From positions 384,001 through 448,000 of the forward strand of contig OX638351.1 of NCBI GenBank assembly GCA_951813565.1: a stretch of 64,000 nucleotides of DNA. The letters run 5' to 3'. The translations under genes and the position numbers were made by a program. This DNA comes from an uncultured Poribacteria bacterium. GTDB taxonomy: Bacteria; Poribacteria; WGA-4E; WGA-3G. The notes beneath the pieces were generated by a model, which made no database searches, was not told the origin of the DNA, and was given only the letters and a program-made list of their open reading frames with translations. Below are positions 59,543 through 64,000 of this stretch, piece by piece; the stretch's first letter is position 1, and every line of letters begins with the position of its first letter.

Positions 59543-60856
59543 ATGGTTCAACCCAAAGCCCCACGCGCTTTTCATGTGATGACGAAGCCGATCGGACCGA
59601 TTTGCAATTTAGATTGCGAATACTGCTTTTATCTGGATAAAGAGAAACTCTACCCCGAAACTCGCTCTTTCCGGATGAACGACGAGACTTTGGAGAATTA
59701 CGTCAAGCAATATATTGAGGCACAACAAGTTAACGAAGTTACGTTCGCGTGGCAAGGCGGCGAACCAACGTTAATGGGCGTGGATTTTTTTCGACAGGCA
59801 GTCCGATATCAACAGAAATATAGACGCACCGGCATGACGATACAAAATACGTTTCAAACGAATGCCACGCTACTGGATGATGAATGGGGTCAATTTTTCA
59901 AGCAGAACAAGTTTCTAATCGGAGTAAGTATTGACGGACCACCTGAGATTCACGATAAGTATCGTTATGATAAACGCGGTCGCCCTTCATCAGAACAGGT
60001 AATTCGGGGGTTGCGGATTTTACAGAAGCATAACGTTGACTATAATATACTTTGCGTTGTGAACAGCCATAATGCCGAATATCCGAAGGAGGTCTACAAC
60101 TATTTCAAAGGGCTTAGGGCGGAGTTCATGCAGTTTATTCCAGCGGTTGAACATTTTGATGGCAAAAATGTGTCTCCGCGCTCGGTCACGGCAAAGCAGT
60201 ATGGTAAATTCCTGTCTGCCATTTTTGATGAGTGGGTGGTGAATGACATCGGCAAAATTTTTGTCCAGATTTTCGATGTGGCGTTAGAAGCATGGTTAGG
60301 TTATAACCCAAGTTTGTGTGTTTTCAATGAGACTTGTGGTGATGCGATGGCAATTGAACATAATGGCGATCTGTATTCTTGTGATCATTACGTCACACCT
60401 GACTACTATATCGGCAACATAGAAGAGACCCCAATAGCGGATATGGTTGATGCACCTTTTCAACGCAAATTTGGCACAGATAAACGGGATACACTACCGG
60501 AGTACTGCCGTAATTGCGATGTGAAGTTCGTCTGCAATGGTGGCTGTCCAAAAAATCGAATTATCAAAACCCCGGATGGAGAGGACGGTTTGAACTATCT
60601 CTGTGCTGGTTATAAGCATTTCTTCACTCACATTGACGAACCGATGAAACTGATGGCTTCGGCGCTCCAAGCGGGAAAACCCGCAAATAGTATTATCCCG
60701 ATGATGCGGGAACAACGGCAAACAAAGAGTAAAGGCAATAATTTGAGAACTCAGACCACTTCTTCTACGTCATCACAGAAGATTGGACGTAACTCGCCTT
60801 GCCCGTGTGGTAGTGGACGGAAATATAAGCAGTGTTGTTTGGGGAAGAATGTATGA
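59543..60856 (+). CDS. Anaerobic sulfatase maturase (radical SAM/SPASM) with C-terminal SEC-C motif
   Basis: CNLDCEYCFY, WQGGEP, SPASM cysteines, GRNSPCPCGSGRKYKQCC. Confidence 0.95.
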   Translation: MVQPKAPRAFHVMTKPIGPICNLDCEYCFYLDKEKLYPETRSFRMNDETLENYVKQYIEAQQVNEVTFAWQGGEPTLMGVDFFRQAVRYQQKYRRTGMTIQNTFQTNATLLDDEWGQFFKQNKFLIGVSIDGPPEIHDKYRYDKRGRPSSEQVIRGLRILQKHNVDYNILCVVNSHNAEYPKEVYNYFKGLRAEFMQFIPAVEHFDGKNVSPRSVTAKQYGKFLSAIFDEWVVNDIGKIFVQIFDVALEAWLGYNPSLCVFNETCGDAMAIEHNGDLYSCDHYVTPDYYIGNIEETPIADMVDAPFQRKFGTDKRDTLPEYCRNCDVKFVCNGGCPKNRIIKTPDGEDGLNYLCAGYKHFFTHIDEPMKLMASALQAGKPANSIIPMMREQRQTKSKGNNLRTQTTSSTSSQKIGRNSPCPCGSGRKYKQCCLGKNV

Positions 60857-60923
60857 ACTACAAGATAAATGTCTTATAAATGAAGTCTGTTTCTGATTTT
60901 GCGAAAGACATAGAAGGAGATAT

Positions 60924-62435
60924 ATGGATAAAACCAGACCAAATATTTTGCTTATCACCAGCGACCAACAACATTGGAACACTTTGGGTTGCCTTAACCC
61001 CGAAATTCAGACACCTCATTTAGATTCTTTAGCACAAGACGGCACACTCTTTCATAGAGCCTACTGTCCTAACCCAACTTGCACGCCGACACGCGCTTCC
61101 ATCATTACAGGCAAATATCCGAGTCAACACGGGGCATGGTCTCTCGGAACAAAACTTTCTGAAGATGAACATACCGTCGGTGAAAATTTTTCAGACGCAG
61201 GCTACCAAACTGCCTTAGTCGGAAAGGCACACTTCCAACCCTTACACGGAACAGACGAATTTCCATCACTGGAATCTTACCCTATTTTACAAGATTTAGA
61301 CTTCTGGCGAAACTTTAATGAACCATTTTACGGGTTTGAGCATGTTGAATTGGCACGTAACCACGCTGATGAAGCACACGTCGGGCAGCACTATGCTATC
61401 TGGATGGAGGAAAAGGGACTTACCAATTGGCGCGACTATTTTGCGCCACCGACAGGGAATGCGCGAGGACAATATCGAAAGTGGCCGATCCCTGAAGAAT
61501 ATCATTACGATACTTGGATCGCTGAACGCACGAACGCACTGATGGAGACTTATCAACAGAATGGCGAGAACTTTTTCTTGTGGGCAAGTTTCTTTGATCC
61601 GCACCCGAAATATCTTGTGCCAGAACCGTGGGATACGATGTATGACCCTGAAACCTTGACGGTGCCTTCTGTAACAGAGGGAGAACATGACAACAACCCT
61701 CCCCATTTTCAAATGACGCAGCAGCAAAAACCTGATTTTTCTGAATGGCGCGAAAGCGGTAAGGGTGTTCACGGATTTAGGTCGCATTTACGGGATCGAG
61801 ACGAACTCGCTAAAGATATTGCTGTGTATTACGGCATGGTAAGTCTGATGGATAAGTATATCGGCAATATCTTGGCGAAACTTGACGAACTCGGACTCGC
61901 TGATAATACATTGGTTGTCTTCACTTCTGACCATGGGCATTTTTACGGACAACACGGTCTGATTGCAAAAGGTGCGTTCCACTACGAAGATGTTATTAAA
62001 GTGCCTTTTATCGTTCGGTATCCCGGACATGTACCTGCAGGAAAACAATCTGATGCGTTGCAAACCTTAGTTGATTTAGCGCCTTCGTTCCTTAGTGCAG
62101 CGGGAATTGACTTACCACTTCCGATGACAGGTGTGGATCAGACGCCAGTCTGGTATGGACAACAAGCACAGGCACGTGACCATATCATTGTTGAAAACCA
62201 TCATGAACCGACAACTGTACACGTAAAAACCTACGTTAATGACCGATACAAACTTACTGTCTATTACAACCGCGAATATGGCGAACTGTTTGATATGCAC
62301 GAAGATCCGGGTGAAATCAACAATCTCTGGGATTCACCTGAACATGCAAAATTGAAGGCGGAATTAGTAATGAAGTTGTTGTTTGCGGAAATGGGAAAAG
62401 AGTCTCTGTGGATGCCGAGAACTTCGGGGGCATAA
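60924..62435 (+). CDS. Cys-type (formylglycine-dependent) sulfatase
   Basis: PNILLITSDQ, CTPTRASIITG, GKAH, SDHG. Confidence 0.95.
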   Translation: MDKTRPNILLITSDQQHWNTLGCLNPEIQTPHLDSLAQDGTLFHRAYCPNPTCTPTRASIITGKYPSQHGAWSLGTKLSEDEHTVGENFSDAGYQTALVGKAHFQPLHGTDEFPSLESYPILQDLDFWRNFNEPFYGFEHVELARNHADEAHVGQHYAIWMEEKGLTNWRDYFAPPTGNARGQYRKWPIPEEYHYDTWIAERTNALMETYQQNGENFFLWASFFDPHPKYLVPEPWDTMYDPETLTVPSVTEGEHDNNPPHFQMTQQQKPDFSEWRESGKGVHGFRSHLRDRDELAKDIAVYYGMVSLMDKYIGNILAKLDELGLADNTLVVFTSDHGHFYGQHGLIAKGAFHYEDVIKVPFIVRYPGHVPAGKQSDALQTLVDLAPSFLSAAGIDLPLPMTGVDQTPVWYGQQAQARDHIIVENHHEPTTVHVKTYVNDRYKLTVYYNREYGELFDMHEDPGEINNLWDSPEHAKLKAELVMKLLFAEMGKESLWMPRTSGA

Positions 62436-62461
62436 TAACATCATTAGGTAGAAAAACACTC

Positions 62462-62632
62462 ACGGTTGACTACTGCTTTGTCAACATATTATTGTCCGTC
62501 ACGATTCGGAGATCGCTCCTATCAATGGAACGCTTATGGTAGGAGGGAACTCCGATTCCCGACTACTTTCAAGCCTTATTAATTATCACTTGACGAGGCA
62601 CTACATTGAAGTTGTTAAATGTAGTCAACCGT
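62462..62632. mobile_element. MITE-like element with 12-bp IRs enclosing REP-like palindromes
   Basis: ACGGTTGACTAC...GTAGTCAACCGT; GTAG REP at 62539-62564. Confidence 0.55.
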
Positions 62633-62642
62633 AAATCTTAAA

Positions 62643-63980
62643 CTGATTTACCCCCAGTTTTTGTAGAAACAAATGTGCATAAGGTTTTTCAGATACTTTG
62701 TGTGAGGAGGTCAATGCTGGACTGCTACGGACTTTATCCCGCACAATCGGTTATAGTAATACGAGTCAAGGAAAATGTCAGGTTCCCAGGTTGTCTCCAG
62801 TATTCTTTTTATAGCAAAAATGAGTGAATATGTTTTTGTGTATTATAGGTTTTTATCCACCGCTCCCCAGATTTTTCAAAATGGAGGAAACAGATACCAT
62901 AACTCACATAAACGATAAACCATAATAATACGATCCGTGGTAGTTCTTGCTGCTTCAATCGTAAATGCCGGAACCCGAATAGTGTCTTTATATCTCGGAA
63001 ACATTCTTCTATCTGCCTCCGCTTTTTATAGGTCCGTTTTTATAGGTCCGATAGAGTTGTGCGTTCTGTCCACTATTTGAAATGAGATAAAGCGGTTCTT
63101 TATGGCGAACATCTCTAAAAACATAAAGGTTCAGTTTGAGTTCCTTTGTGCTGTGATAAGATATGTTAGGATAGACATCTGTATTTTTCAGTGTCTCAAG
63201 TTTGATGCGTTGTCCTTTGTGGTAAAAACAAGCATTTGGACAAACGCATCCGACAAACTCAATACCAGTTTCCATCAGAGGTTTCATCAGATACCTTGCG
63301 CGCGCACATCCTCTGTCAAACACGAGGATCGGTCTTTGGACATTCGGTAGGCGGTTTCAAACTGCTTGATGAACTGGCAACAAAACTCTTGAACAAGCAC
63401 ATTATGGCTCGGGTAGACCATCTTGTCAAAAGCGTCTTTTTTGTAGATTTTCCAATAGATCGGAATAGCGCGTTTGCGAAATGGCACAGCAATAACAATA
63501 ATCCTGTAGTCTCGGAGAATATCATTCTCATCTACAAGCAGGGTGCGGGGCACACGCCCTGTTTTGTCATATAACCACGATAAGACAAAGACACACCACG
63601 CCTCCATAGCAATAGATGTAGGAAAGTTTGAGTTGATAAACCGGAGCAGTCGTTTTTGTTTCGTTTTATAATGGGCAACGCAAACGGGTAAGTGTGCCGA
63701 AATCGTCCTTATTTGAAATGTTTTCGTGTGAAGACACGCCAATATGACCAAAATAAGATTTCTGAGAGCAGGACGTTTCAACACTTTTTTGAACCCTTGT
63801 TTTACTTGTGGGATGAGCACGCGTGGATAGACTTTGTCCGATGCAATCTGTTTCAGTGGAATACCTCTAAAATATACGCTATAAAATAAAATTTGAAAGC
63901 AGTTTAGCATACAAAACACTTTTGCACAACTATTATGAGAATACAAACAAATATGGCCCCTCAAAAACTGGGGAAATCAG
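62643..63980 (-). mobile_element. IS4-family element (IS10-like ends) with frameshifted transposase pseudogene
   Basis: IRs CTGATTTACCCCCAGTTTTT / AAAAACTGGGGAAATCAG; LLVDE, VFDRG and YKKRRQIEECFRDIK (YREK) fall in separate ORF pieces. Confidence 0.85.
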
Positions 63981-64000
63981 CACTAAAACAGCTTGACATC

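Overview
Bacterial chromosome segment, very likely Candidatus Poribacteria, judged from 16S signatures and typical gene content (PhyH dioxygenases, sulfatases, WD40/TolB/TPR and C-type-lectin proteins). It carries a 16S rRNA + tRNA-Ile unit with no linked 23S, tRNA-Ala, a three-subunit molybdenum hydroxylase operon, a PhyH/sulfatase-like cluster, an envelope gene run, a variable surface-protein locus (29-35.5 kb), a split B12-dependent methyltransferase module (corrinoid protein + RACo/RamA activator + homocysteine methyltransferase), tsaC/tsaD, a BCCT transporter with porin, a core MetE-like enzyme, anSME + sulfatase, and IS630, IS1595 and IS4-family elements. The most unusual signals are structural: (1) a 390-bp mostly non-coding element with subterminal inverted repeats and a 3-bp core that cleanly interrupts the IS1595 transposase; (2) a tandem gene pair with near-identical flanks but a strongly diverged core; (3) three places where cargo genes are bracketed by a duplicated piece of a host gene, one capturing a promoter; (4) nested MITE/REP structures including a covarying 10-bp hairpin + TTGATT mini-element. 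All calls are by eye from sequence and motifs; no database searches were run.
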